Shown: in pieces, positions 18,185 to 28,011 of the stretch
Position numbering within the stretch: the first letter of the stretch is position 1
Layout of the letters: each line of letters begins with the position of its first letter
Assembly: GCA_964606695.1 (NCBI GenBank)
Contig: CAZSHG010000001.1
Span: forward strand, 22,239-86,238
Source: an uncultured bacterium
GTDB taxonomy: Bacteria; UBP14; UBA6098
Direction of reading: 5' to 3'
Length of the DNA: 64,000 bases
The notes under the pieces: generated by a model
Database searches by the model: none
What the model was told of the DNA's origin: nothing
Seen by the model: only the letters and a program-made list of their open reading frames with translations
Made by a program: the position numbers and the translations under genes

Positions 18185-21100
18185 TTACTTCATGAGGGTC
18201 ATCTTACGAGTGGCCTTGAAGTCTCCTGCGGAAATCTTGTAGAAGTAGATTCCGCTCGGAACAGGCCTGCCCTCGTCGTCGCTTCCATCCCAGACGACGG
18301 AGCGATAACCGGCTTCCTGCTCGCCGTTTATCAGCGTGGCAACCTTCTGACCGAGGACACTGTAAACCTCGAGGGTTACTCTCGTGTCGGTCGGCAGTTC
18401 GTATTTGATTGCCGTAACTGCATTGAACGGGTTCGGCAGGTTCTGGCCGAGAGCGAAGGCGTCGGGGATAGCCACGCGGTCGGCAACCAGCTTGTGCGAA
18501 CCTGGAGTGATCTCGACGACGTCGCCGTCACCGTAAGTCGCTCCGTTGAGGGAGACGATCCAGTCGCCTTCCACCTCGAGGGTCGCTCTGTAGTTGCTTG
18601 TTGCATTGACTGTCCACTCGATCTTGCTGTCGGTAGTGCGGTAGTCGGTGTCGTAGCCGCCGCCGAGAACGAACTCGCTCTGTCCGACATGCGCCGGAAC
18701 CGCGTAGTGGTCGATGCCACGGTCGAAGTTCTCGGTAGCGATATCGGCCGCGCCGAATGTCAGCGTGCGACTATCCGTAACCAGCTTGCCGGTGAACAGC
18801 GGGGCGAACTGACCGTCTTTGACGGTATAGACGACCTTGCCGCCACGGGCACCCGGAACGTGAAGCACACATCCGCTTGGATCGGTAACCATGACAAGAT
18901 GTCCGCGACAATGTTCCAGAGTAGTGGTTAGATGGTAGTCGACACCACATTCATACCAGCGCGTTTCTGTCGGATCGATAGCACCTGCGGGATCGGTGTC
19001 CGGTGCGGTGAACAGAACGTCCGTCCAGGTCGCGCCTATCAGGTTCCAACCGGCCTCTAAGGTCACATCGAAGGACTCGACAGGTGCGCCGCAAAGCGTA
19101 ACTTCCATATCACTCGACGGATAGACCGCGTATCCCATACCGGCTTCGAGAGGTGTTCCAGCAGAAACCGGAATGTAGGTTCCGCCGATCATCTCGTAAA
19201 CTGGAGCGCCGCCGAACACGTCAACCGTAGTATCGGGTTCGACGCTGATCGCGATCAGGTTCCAATCCGTGCAGAGTTCGTAGGTGCAACAATGCTCTTC
19301 CGGAACCACATCGACATCGATGCAGGTCTCGTTGCCCGCAAGGTCGTAAGCGCAAACTTCGACAACGTCGCCCGGTGTAGGAGCAACCGGACCCCATGGA
19401 GTGGTAGCTACCGCGCCAGTCTCATCAACCCAGAACGGGCCGATTTCGACAAAGCCGCCAACTGTATCTACCGTTACCATCACGTAAACATACCCGTCGC
19501 CGAGTTCGTTCGTGAAGTTATCCTCGAGGAAGTTATCCCAGATAGCATCGACGTAAGCGGTGAAGTTTTCGCCGGTGGCGAGAACCAGAGCGCTATCGAT
19601 GGTCGGGGCTTCGATGTCGACCAGAGCGAGCTTACCTTCGGAAGTGCTAAGCCTGGCTTCTGAGTAATCGAGAACATTACCCGCGGCGTCGCGAGCTTTA
19701 CCGAGTAAGTAAGCAATACCCTGTGCGTCAAGTCCTTCGGGTAGTCCGGCGACATCCCACTCGTAAGTGTAAACGTCGTCGCCGAAGAACGCGAGCTGAT
19801 TGCCGAATGTATAGATCGGATCCGCATCTTCGTAGGAAGATGGAGTCATCGCACCATTCATGTAGTCCGGCTGACGCCAGAACGGATGATGGATGTCCCA
19901 CGCATCGAGATCGTCGTCCCACAGCCTGGCTTCGAGGTGATCGTTCGGATCGTCGAAGTCGTCGCCGTAGTGCGGCATACCGTCGATGGTGATTCTCCAG
20001 TGATCCCACATGCGGGTGTAGATGTAATTACCGTAGTTCCAGTAGGAAACCGGATCGCCTGCGGTTGCCGGATCAAAGACCGTTTCATCCCAATCGATGT
20101 CGATGAGGAACTCGTCCGCATTGACAACCCAGATGTAAACTTCATCCGGATAATCGATCGGGTTGATAGCCTTATACGGAACCGTCAGATCGTCAGATCT
20201 CAGCATGGAAACCTCGTAAGTCGGATCGTAAGTATCCAGTAAGATGTATGCGAGGTGATCCCAGTCGTGATAAACACTATCTGCAATGCTGAAAGTATGC
20301 TCGGTAGCGGTGATCGTGACCAGACCGTCGTAACGGTTATCCTGATCATCGACATCCCACTTATAGACCCAGTAGGTTCTACCTTCGACCATTACCGTAT
20401 CGTCGTCATCGAGCCTGACGTTGATTTCCAGGTTAGAACCGGAGATGTTGCCACCCCAGTAATCCTGAATATTCAGGTCGATGTATTCGACGTAGATATC
20501 GGTCGGGAGTTTCTCGAGCAATACATAGAGGCTATCGCCCGGGTAACCGCCGGATTCGACATACGGATGCATGAGCGGATCCGGATCGCCGGAGCTATAG
20601 TCCGGGTTATTGAAGGTTGTGAGTTGAACAACCGGCATAATCTGCGGAACTCTATGCAGTGAATCGACTCTCCAGAGGTCGGGCATACCGGCGGCCGCAA
20701 TAGCCGCAGTATCGATCCAGCCCCAGGTCGGCCAATCCGGCCACATATCTTCCATTGCGGAATCCCACCACGGGAAGATGTCGTCCGACTCCATAACCGC
20801 GGGATAATTGGCGGATACGCTGTTGAGCGCGTCCATCAGATTGTCGCCACGAGCGAGGAACGGAGGCCTGAGAATGGTCAGCGTATCCTCGTCGAAGAAG
20901 TCGAATTCGCAATCGGGGTGGTAATATTGCCAGTAGTCGCCAATCACACCTGATTCGGCAGTATCCACAACATGAATACCGTCGAAGGCTTGCCAGCTAA
21001 GCGTCCACATACCGGCCGGCAATCCTGACGGATCGCTGTATTCGAGGCAAATAACCTCGTCAACAGGATCGTAGTAAAGCGGCGACGTGGCATCGACGAT

Positions 21101-24100
21101 ACCGAAATCGAGGCCGGGGGCACCACCAGCAGGATAGAGCATGTAGTTAGAATCGTCTATCAGGCTGTGTAGCCAGATGGACATCTTATCTACCTGCTCT
21201 GACTGGTTGGTTTCCCAGCAAACCTTGAGATCGGTCGAACCGAAAGGCAGAACGGTGTGCATACCGTGAATCATCTGACCGCCGGATGAGGTGGTCATCT
21301 GAGGATCCGGCCTTTCGTTGTCGATGAGCACGTTAAGCAGAGTATCGGCGATATACGGGTTGGTCGGACGGAACCTGCTGAACGCCTCGAATAGAATCGT
21401 AGCGTAAAGCTCGTTATTCGAGTAGTCAACCGGCGCGCCGCCAAGCGTCGTATAGTATTCGTGTAACAGGTCAAGTTCATCATACGGCATCGATACCCAG
21501 GTGGTATTGCCGTAAATCGAGATGTTACCGGAATACATATCGTCTTCGAGCCAGTAGAACGTATGGTCGTAAGTGAATGTCGTTCCTGCTGGCCACGGTT
21601 CTTCGTGCCACCAGACGAGGAAGCGGACTGAATCCGTCTCGGCCAGTTCGTTATCCCAGTAAGCCGTTATCGGATGCATTCTGTCTTCGTCTTCGTAGAA
21701 CGAACAACGCGTAGAATCTGCTAAGACCGGGTCTGAAATGCTCCAACCGGAAAGGGTTAGAATATCGTCCGGCTCGCCACTCCAGGGATCTACGTGAGCG
21801 TCATCGAGAGTATCGATGCGCGGCCAGTAGATCATGCGGTATTCGGGATCGCCGGTTACTATGCGGATCGGGTATTCGATCGGGAGCATGTGATTGCCCG
21901 CATTGTCGTCGAATCCCTGAACGCGTAGTTTGCCGATACCGTCCATCGCGCCGTCGCCGGCGATAACCAAGTAACCGATCCATTCGCGATCGCTGTTCCA
22001 GCCGTAGTCGAGAGACTCGACACCGCCAGGAACCATCGGGGAATCGTCGGTTTCAGATAGACCAGGACGCGCACTCGGCATAACACCGGTAATATCCCTG
22101 TAATCTACGTAACGTTGCGCGAGCGGATAATGGAGACCACCCGGGCCGCCGCCGACCGTTTCAACCGGAAGAACCGGGAACCAGTGCGTCCAACCGTGCG
22201 GCTGGAACCTGACGATGTGACCGTAAAGGTGATCAGCTTCGCGCATGTCCATATTATCGTTGAACCACAGCCTCACATAAACAGTGCAAACATCAGTGAA
22301 GTTGTAGATGCCAACGATGCTATCCTGATCCGGAACGTCCCATGGGAGCTTGAATACGTTAATATCCCAGTCGTGCATGTAGGGATCGCCCAGAATCGGA
22401 ACGCCAAGAGAGTCGTAACCGATTGTATCCATTCCCCAGGTCGAGAGGGCAAAGCCCTTGACCTCAGGGAGACCGTTGTCCAGACCCACCTTGCGGCTGG
22501 TCTTCATAGCATAGTTGCCCAAACGGTCCTGAATGATAGCTTCGGCGTAAACGCTATCGGCGATAAAGATTGTATCTCTATCGAGATGTGTTTCGACCGG
22601 AACCGGAATACCGGGACCACTGCGGTCAAGGCCGTGGTATATCTCTATGCCGGGGGTTCCGATAGTCATTGTATCGGCAACCGAAAGTTCCTCGGCACAG
22701 TTAGCTATAACAAACGCCTCGTTAGACCACAGATAATGTGTAGCCGGATTCCAGACCATACCCGCGTTCACCGGAGGCATCGTGCCAAAGTCATAGATGA
22801 CGAAGTCCGATGTAGGATCGACAGCCGGAATCGGCCACTGGGTAGTCCAGTTCGGAGCCATCAGTGTGCCCGGAGCACAACCGACATGTCCGTCGACTAT
22901 GTCTTCGAGACGTAGCCTGATGGTATGGTTTGAATCGTGAATGAGTTCGCAGTTGACCTCATTGTAGCCGGTGGTAGCGTCCGGATCGCGGAAAACCGCG
23001 GTCGGAGCCTGCATATCGACTACATAGTCCCAACGGAATACATACTTCGTGAAGAACGTATCCGAAGCGAAATCATTCGGCTCACGAACGTTGAACTCGA
23101 ACCTGATTGCGATGCTATCCAGATGTTGCCATCCAATGATAGTATCGGTCACAAGCGCGGGATCAGTTTCGAGAGTATCGATTCTACGAATGGTGTATAG
23201 CCACTCTTCGGTCTGATCGATCGGTCCAATATGGAGTCTACCCCAGTCCACACATGCGGTGCGGGAAGGATAGTAGCTCATGAAGCACGGATCGCAGTGG
23301 CAGTCGTAGTATTCGTCGACAGTCCACACAAGCGCGCCGTCAACGTCATACAGATCGATAGTGATATGCGGAACGCGGAACGGCAGGGTATCCTCATCCG
23401 GATCGGTGCCAACGAGACATTCCCAGATGATGGAGTCTGTGCAGGTATAGATATCGGCGACGATGAAGTTCAGATCGTTAACCCAGAAATCGACGTAAGG
23501 ATCCCGGCTCTCCATAAGCGAGGACATACTGCTGTCGCCCTCTTCCCACTCGAGCTCCGGATCCATGCCGAGAGGATCGTGATTGATATATCTGCCCATC
23601 CATGCGTGCCAAACATTCGTATAATCACCCTTCAAGTCCGGAGGATAATTATAGGTATGAGGCGGATACATGAAGGCATCGTAGGCTTCATCGTTATACC
23701 AACCGACATTAGCAAGCCACGTCTGAGGGAATATCTGAAGACTATCGACTTGAATGAGATCCCAGTTCGGGTTCTCGTAGTTGTCGTAAGTGGTATCCAA
23801 CCAGAAGGTCACATCCATAGTATCGACGTTGATGTCGGTATAGTCGTGGATTCCGTAACGCCAGCTCATGAACCATGTGCCGGGATTACTCCACGAATCG
23901 TAGGTGTGCCACCAACGATAGGTGATACCACTGTTAACCGTGCGCTGGGTTGCGGGATACCACGGAACGTCCGGGCTATCGCCTGCGTAAAGCTCCCAGC
24001 GAACCTGATCGTAGGGCTGGAAGAAGTGGCAGGTAGCCTCGGAGCCGTCGCCGTAAAGCTGGACATAGGCACCACGGTCATCGTCCGGATCCTTGATGAG

Positions 24101-27100
24101 TTCAGCATAATAATACTGATACCCACGGCCGGGGATGTCGTGATAGGCCATGTGAATATCCAGCGGATAAGCGCCGCCGCTAAGCTTCATATCCTGGAAG
24201 ATGATCGTATCGACGTAAGTAACGCCGGGAGTGGTCATCGTATCCGTGAAGATAAGAAGCAGGTCGGCACCTTCGACGAGTTCCGTGTGCTGGATACCGA
24301 TATTGGCGACCCACTCGTCGCAATACATACCATGAACGTTGGCGGATACATCGTGAAAATACAGATACATAGTATCATTACATACCTGCGACATGTCAGC
24401 GCCGGTGAATATCGGCGGATGACAATCCACGAAGAAGTTCCAACGCGCAATGTGCGATACTTCGTAGTATAGATAATCCGGATCGAGTCTGTCGTAACCG
24501 CTGTTGCGACTCGGGACTTCGCAGTCCACGAAATGGGCAAGCGAACCATCCGAGCAGAAGAGCGAGTAGCTGGCAGAGTCGAATTCGGCCGGTGTCCAGG
24601 GATCGTTATCGTCGTCCCAACCCGTTACCGGACCGGCCACGCCATCCTCGGCCTGACAATCGGTGATTGCGTTGTCCCAGGCGTAAACGGTTACACAAAC
24701 CTTATCGCCCGGACGGAAGTGAGCTTCGTCTGTATCTGTCCTATAAGGATCCCAGGTTACTCTGAGTCCCCACTCGTTATACTTCTTGGTCAGGTTGAGT
24801 CCGACAGCGTCGGGTTCGCCCACGCAGAAGTTACGGCCGTCAGGAATAGATCCTGCGCCGGTATGATAGTAGGGGTGCCAGCTTCCATCACAGCCACGAA
24901 CCTTTAGATTAACGCAGAGGCGAGCTTCCTCATCGAGACTACCGGAATAAACACCGGAAGTTCGATTATATAGCATATCCTCGACATCGAGGTCATACAT
25001 GCTACATGCAATCTGATCGTAGATGTTAAGAGTGATGATCTGGAAACTGTCCGAGGTAACCCACTGATCCGGAGGATAGTAGAAAGTATCCGGTGCAGTC
25101 GGGCCTTCGAGGTCGATACGAATTATACCAAGAGTGTCGTAGGCATACTCGGTATAATAGGAACAGATACCAACGGCTTCCCACATAACAGGAACATGAT
25201 TGTCCTGAGTATTGCGGGTTCCATAGTTACCGTCGGCACCATTTGCGATACCCCAGGAACCGGACGGATGCGGGTCGATAACCCAGGCAGGCTCGTTCCA
25301 GTATGGCGGAACGAGCGTCCAGTCACCTATCATGCAGGTATCCCAGCGTTGTCCGTAATCGGGATCGTCAACGAGCTCGGTAAGGAGCACATAGACGAAA
25401 TCGCCGGAAGCAAACGGGACAAGGCCCGCCCAGCCGGGATGGTAAGTGATCAATTCCTCGAAATTGATCCACATCCTGGCATCGTAGCCGTTGTTTTCCT
25501 CGTCGATCCAAACACCATAGTTAACATCGTTTTCATTAACGATAATGGTGTCCCAATCGCCGGTGCAATGCTCGATAGCGAAGGTGATCTCGAAGTCGCG
25601 CCAGTTGATACCGGCACCACCCATACCACCAGGCCAGATATCGATTCCGTGGTTCGTGCGGTCATGAACGGCGTGATAATCATCATAGACGTCCAGTAAA
25701 AGCGTGGGCAGGCTGTCTGCAACCCAGCGCCAATACACATAGGAGCCTTCGATGTAGTCGCGTCGAACGTTAGAACCGGCAAACTCCATAGTCTCGTTGT
25801 CGTGTCCTTCGGGAGACGGACAATTGAGCTCGGCGTTCGGACCCGAAAGGTCAACCTTGAAGGTCCAGATAGTGTCGTTAACTACGCCGGGTGAGAAGGT
25901 AAAACCATAGTCATACCTGAAGTTGTTGGTTCTGCTGAAGCAACGGAACAGCACCTGAACGTAAGCGCCGTCGTCGAACATCGGAAGAACGACTGTGCCA
26001 GTCCTGGTTGTGTCGTTACCAACCATAACCACGAATGAGTCGGTTCCACATGCCGGATGAATCCAGGTCGCGAAAGCCTCGCTGTGGATATTATCCATAG
26101 TAGTCCAGCCTGAAGTGCTCCAGGGGCCACTACCGGAATTTCGCCAGCTGTGCTTAAGTTGCCAGAGCCAACCGGTTTCGTTGCCGCCGTTTGTGTCGTC
26201 GTAAGCGTATTCGAGAGGATTACGCCAGATAATCGAGTCTATACGACCCGGGAACTGACTACCCGGTGATGTTCCGAGGAATTCATCATTAATATAACGA
26301 ATCTCCATGAACGCTGAGTCAACACAAGTTCCGAAATCCTGAGTGGTAACAGAAATCGGCTGTTCTTCGTCCGCGGTGAAGATCGAATCGTTGATCTCCT
26401 CGCAGAGAACGCTGTCCGAATACCAGTCGTTGGTGGAAATCAGATTTCTCGGCCACAACTGCTGAATGAACGGCGGAATTTCATCCCAACCCTTGATCAT
26501 TTCACTGCGAGCCCAACGGCTTGCATCTGCAGGATCCGGGTAAGGATTACCATGAAGAACATCGGTGAGCGTGGAGGTCATATCGACCAGGTCGATGATC
26601 GGTGCGTTGTAGCGATAGCAGATCAGGTCTTCACGATCAGCGATTTCAACATAGAATGAGTCTGAATTAGAAATACCCTCGATACCACCGATTACATCGC
26701 CACACTCGTGGCATCCAGCCATCTGAAGAGCAACCCAGATACGATAGAACGGCAATCCATAGAGTGCGCTATTGAACGTTCCCTCATAAGGAATATTGAT
26801 AGCGTCCTCGAAATAGAAAGTCGTGCTCCACCATTTCCAGCCATTGGCCGCGGTAGAATCGAGGCTCCACTTGTTGGCTTCCAACAGTGTGTCCTCAGTA
26901 TGCGACGGACTGGAAGGATCATAGGTGTCCCTCGGCTGAATGAGGGTGTCGATGATCAATTGCTCGGCAATACCCATAATATCAATACGATCGAGAATAT
27001 CAACATCGGAAAGCGCGGTTACGCCCTTGTCGATGTAGAACTGGACACCGGTGAGAGTGTCCGACTCGGTCACGTCGACACTATAATGTATCGCCGTTGA

Positions 27101-27514
27101 CTCGGGATGAATCGGGGTTAAGTCTTCGTTCGGATCGAAGTCACGCGATCCAAACAACGTCAATTTGACGCCCCGGAGTTCAACGTTCTCAGTTCCTGAG
27201 AGTAAATCCAGGCGAAGAACCACGTTCTCGTGGCTCATACGAACGGGAACTTCCTCCCCGGTCGGGCTTAGCTCAAAGCTCGCACGTCTCCACGTGCTTG
27301 CTGGAGTATAGCTGGACACGGTCGAATAATCGGTCGTGTACCAGGAAGGAATATTGTCACCGTAATCGGGTCCACCTGGTGTCCCCTCTGGTGTAACAAC
27401 GTTGAAGGCGTTGCAGTACTGCCAGTCACTTCCACTCCCTCCTTGCGCGAATATCGCGCCGGCGGTCAAAAGAAAACTTAGCAGTAGGGCTGCAAATACG
27501 GTTTTTTTACCCAT
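18185..27514 (-). CDS. Giant secreted surface protein (3109 aa), Trp/Tyr/Asp-rich, with T9SS C-terminal sorting domain
   Basis: Uninterrupted 9.3-kb ORF. Signal peptide MGKKTVFAALLLSFLLTAGAIFAQ with AGGAGA RBS. No catalytic motif is recognisable. It contains a 'GWN' module near the C-terminus and ends with LPNPFNAVTAIKYELP...LEVYSVLGQKVATL...SGIYFYKISAGDFKATRKMTLMK (Por_Secre_tail). Confidence 0.8.
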   Translation of the reverse strand: MGKKTVFAALLLSFLLTAGAIFAQGGSGSDWQYCNAFNVVTPEGTPGGPDYGDNIPSWYTTDYSTVSSYTPASTWRRASFELSPTGEEVPVRMSHENVVLRLDLLSGTENVELRGVKLTLFGSRDFDPNEDLTPIHPESTAIHYSVDVTESDTLTGVQFYIDKGVTALSDVDILDRIDIMGIAEQLIIDTLIQPRDTYDPSSPSHTEDTLLEANKWSLDSTAANGWKWWSTTFYFEDAINIPYEGTFNSALYGLPFYRIWVALQMAGCHECGDVIGGIEGISNSDSFYVEIADREDLICYRYNAPIIDLVDMTSTLTDVLHGNPYPDPADASRWARSEMIKGWDEIPPFIQQLWPRNLISTNDWYSDSVLCEEINDSIFTADEEQPISVTTQDFGTCVDSAFMEIRYINDEFLGTSPGSQFPGRIDSIIWRNPLEYAYDDTNGGNETGWLWQLKHSWRNSGSGPWSTSGWTTMDNIHSEAFATWIHPACGTDSFVVMVGNDTTRTGTVVLPMFDDGAYVQVLFRCFSRTNNFRYDYGFTFSPGVVNDTIWTFKVDLSGPNAELNCPSPEGHDNETMEFAGSNVRRDYIEGSYVYWRWVADSLPTLLLDVYDDYHAVHDRTNHGIDIWPGGMGGAGINWRDFEITFAIEHCTGDWDTIIVNENDVNYGVWIDEENNGYDARMWINFEELITYHPGWAGLVPFASGDFVYVLLTELVDDPDYGQRWDTCMIGDWTLVPPYWNEPAWVIDPHPSGSWGIANGADGNYGTRNTQDNHVPVMWEAVGICSYYTEYAYDTLGIIRIDLEGPTAPDTFYYPPDQWVTSDSFQIITLNIYDQIACSMYDLDVEDMLYNRTSGVYSGSLDEEARLCVNLKVRGCDGSWHPYYHTGAGSIPDGRNFCVGEPDAVGLNLTKKYNEWGLRVTWDPYRTDTDEAHFRPGDKVCVTVYAWDNAITDCQAEDGVAGPVTGWDDDNDPWTPAEFDSASYSLFCSDGSLAHFVDCEVPSRNSGYDRLDPDYLYYEVSHIARWNFFVDCHPPIFTGADMSQVCNDTMYLYFHDVSANVHGMYCDEWVANIGIQHTELVEGADLLLIFTDTMTTPGVTYVDTIIFQDMKLSGGAYPLDIHMAYHDIPGRGYQYYYAELIKDPDDDRGAYVQLYGDGSEATCHFFQPYDQVRWELYAGDSPDVPWYPATQRTVNSGITYRWWHTYDSWSNPGTWFMSWRYGIHDYTDINVDTMDVTFWLDTTYDNYENPNWDLIQVDSLQIFPQTWLANVGWYNDEAYDAFMYPPHTYNYPPDLKGDYTNVWHAWMGRYINHDPLGMDPELEWEEGDSSMSSLMESRDPYVDFWVNDLNFIVADIYTCTDSIIWECLVGTDPDEDTLPFRVPHITIDLYDVDGALVWTVDEYYDCHCDPCFMSYYPSRTACVDWGRLHIGPIDQTEEWLYTIRRIDTLETDPALVTDTIIGWQHLDSIAIRFEFNVREPNDFASDTFFTKYVFRWDYVVDMQAPTAVFRDPDATTGYNEVNCELIHDSNHTIRLRLEDIVDGHVGCAPGTLMAPNWTTQWPIPAVDPTSDFVIYDFGTMPPVNAGMVWNPATHYLWSNEAFVIANCAEELSVADTMTIGTPGIEIYHGLDRSGPGIPVPVETHLDRDTIFIADSVYAEAIIQDRLGNYAMKTSRKVGLDNGLPEVKGFALSTWGMDTIGYDSLGVPILGDPYMHDWDINVFKLPWDVPDQDSIVGIYNFTDVCTVYVRLWFNDNMDMREADHLYGHIVRFQPHGWTHWFPVLPVETVGGGPGGLHYPLAQRYVDYRDITGVMPSARPGLSETDDSPMVPGGVESLDYGWNSDREWIGYLVIAGDGAMDGIGKLRVQGFDDNAGNHMLPIEYPIRIVTGDPEYRMIYWPRIDTLDDAHVDPWSGEPDDILTLSGWSISDPVLADSTRCSFYEDEDRMHPITAYWDNELAETDSVRFLVWWHEEPWPAGTTFTYDHTFYWLEDDMYSGNISIYGNTTWVSMPYDELDLLHEYYTTLGGAPVDYSNNELYATILFEAFSRFRPTNPYIADTLLNVLIDNERPDPQMTTSSGGQMIHGMHTVLPFGSTDLKVCWETNQSEQVDKMSIWLHSLIDDSNYMLYPAGGAPGLDFGIVDATSPLYYDPVDEVICLEYSDPSGLPAGMWTLSWQAFDGIHVVDTAESGVIGDYWQYYHPDCEFDFFDEDTLTILRPPFLARGDNLMDALNSVSANYPAVMESDDIFPWWDSAMEDMWPDWPTWGWIDTAAIAAAGMPDLWRVDSLHRVPQIMPVVQLTTFNNPDYSSGDPDPLMHPYVESGGYPGDSLYVLLEKLPTDIYVEYIDLNIQDYWGGNISGSNLEINVRLDDDDTVMVEGRTYWVYKWDVDDQDNRYDGLVTITATEHTFSIADSVYHDWDHLAYILLDTYDPTYEVSMLRSDDLTVPYKAINPIDYPDEVYIWVVNADEFLIDIDWDETVFDPATAGDPVSYWNYGNYIYTRMWDHWRITIDGMPHYGDDFDDPNDHLEARLWDDDLDAWDIHHPFWRQPDYMNGAMTPSSYEDADPIYTFGNQLAFFGDDVYTYEWDVAGLPEGLDAQGIAYLLGKARDAAGNVLDYSEARLSTSEGKLALVDIEAPTIDSALVLATGENFTAYVDAIWDNFLEDNFTNELGDGYVYVMVTVDTVGGFVEIGPFWVDETGAVATTPWGPVAPTPGDVVEVCAYDLAGNETCIDVDVVPEEHCCTYELCTDWNLIAISVEPDTTVDVFGGAPVYEMIGGTYIPVSAGTPLEAGMGYAVYPSSDMEVTLCGAPVESFDVTLEAGWNLIGATWTDVLFTAPDTDPAGAIDPTETRWYECGVDYHLTTTLEHCRGHLVMVTDPSGCVLHVPGARGGKVVYTVKDGQFAPLFTGKLVTDSRTLTFGAADIATENFDRGIDHYAVPAHVGQSEFVLGGGYDTDYRTTDSKIEWTVNATSNYRATLEVEGDWIVSLNGATYGDGDVVEITPGSHKLVADRVAIPDAFALGQNLPNPFNAVTAIKYELPTDTRVTLEVYSVLGQKVATLINGEQEAGYRSVVWDGSDDEGRPVPSGIYFYKISAGDFKATRKMTLMK

Positions 27515-27684
27515 AACGCCCTTCTCCTTTCCTTGTTTTAAGTGTTTTTAGAAACCCTAACACGTAATGTGCGATTTGGAATTTCCATTTACAGTTACCT
27601 AATTTTCTCAAAAGCATCTGTTCTTTTGCCTTTCGATTAATAAATAGCAAACATACCTCGCCGACCTTTCGGCAGGTTTGGTCT

Positions 27685-27713
27685 AAAATAATTCTGTAAC
27701 CCTATACTGTCAA
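27685..27713 (-). promoter_or_regulatory. Candidate sigma70-like promoter for the 3109-aa gene (TTGACA-17 nt-TATTTT on - strand)
   Basis: Reverse complement of 27685-27713 reads TTGACAgtatagggttacagaatTATTTT. It would give a ~165-nt 5' leader. Sequence only; no expression data. Confidence 0.3.
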
Positions 27714-28011
27714 GACCTTTTTTGTTCTCCTTCTATGCCCTTATTAAAAGGCGGTTGCGGACATGGCCTCTCTTATCTCCGTCGAAATCGAGGTTGCGAG
27801 TCCGGTTATTTTTTGAGAGCCATATAGCTTCAATTCGACGGATACGTTACTCAAATATACTTTTCAAATCGCACAAGTCAACCAAAAAATTTGTTTTTTT
27901 TGATTTTTTTTATTGGCCTAATTCGTTGATATAAACCACGATTACCCCGCTATCCTTATTAATCAGTTTAAGTAAATTGTCCGCATCTTGTTTAATATCA
28001 ATAAATTACAG

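Noticed and set aside
22115-24472. Long antisense ORFs (266 aa at 22115..22915 and 413 aa at 23231..24472, + strand) inside the 3109-aa gene
   Set aside because: They lie entirely within, and opposite to, an uninterrupted 9.3-kb ORF that has a signal peptide, RBS and T9SS CTD. Their translations are low-complexity (V/I/R/H-rich) with no motifs. This is typical shadow-ORF behaviour caused by the GAY/TAY/TGG-rich codon composition of the sense strand.
27722-27934. 70-aa ORF in the AT-rich region upstream of the giant gene
   Set aside because: It has no RBS. Its composition is driven by the poly-T/poly-A tracts (FFDFFYW..., KKFVFF). It more likely reflects regulatory DNA than coding sequence.
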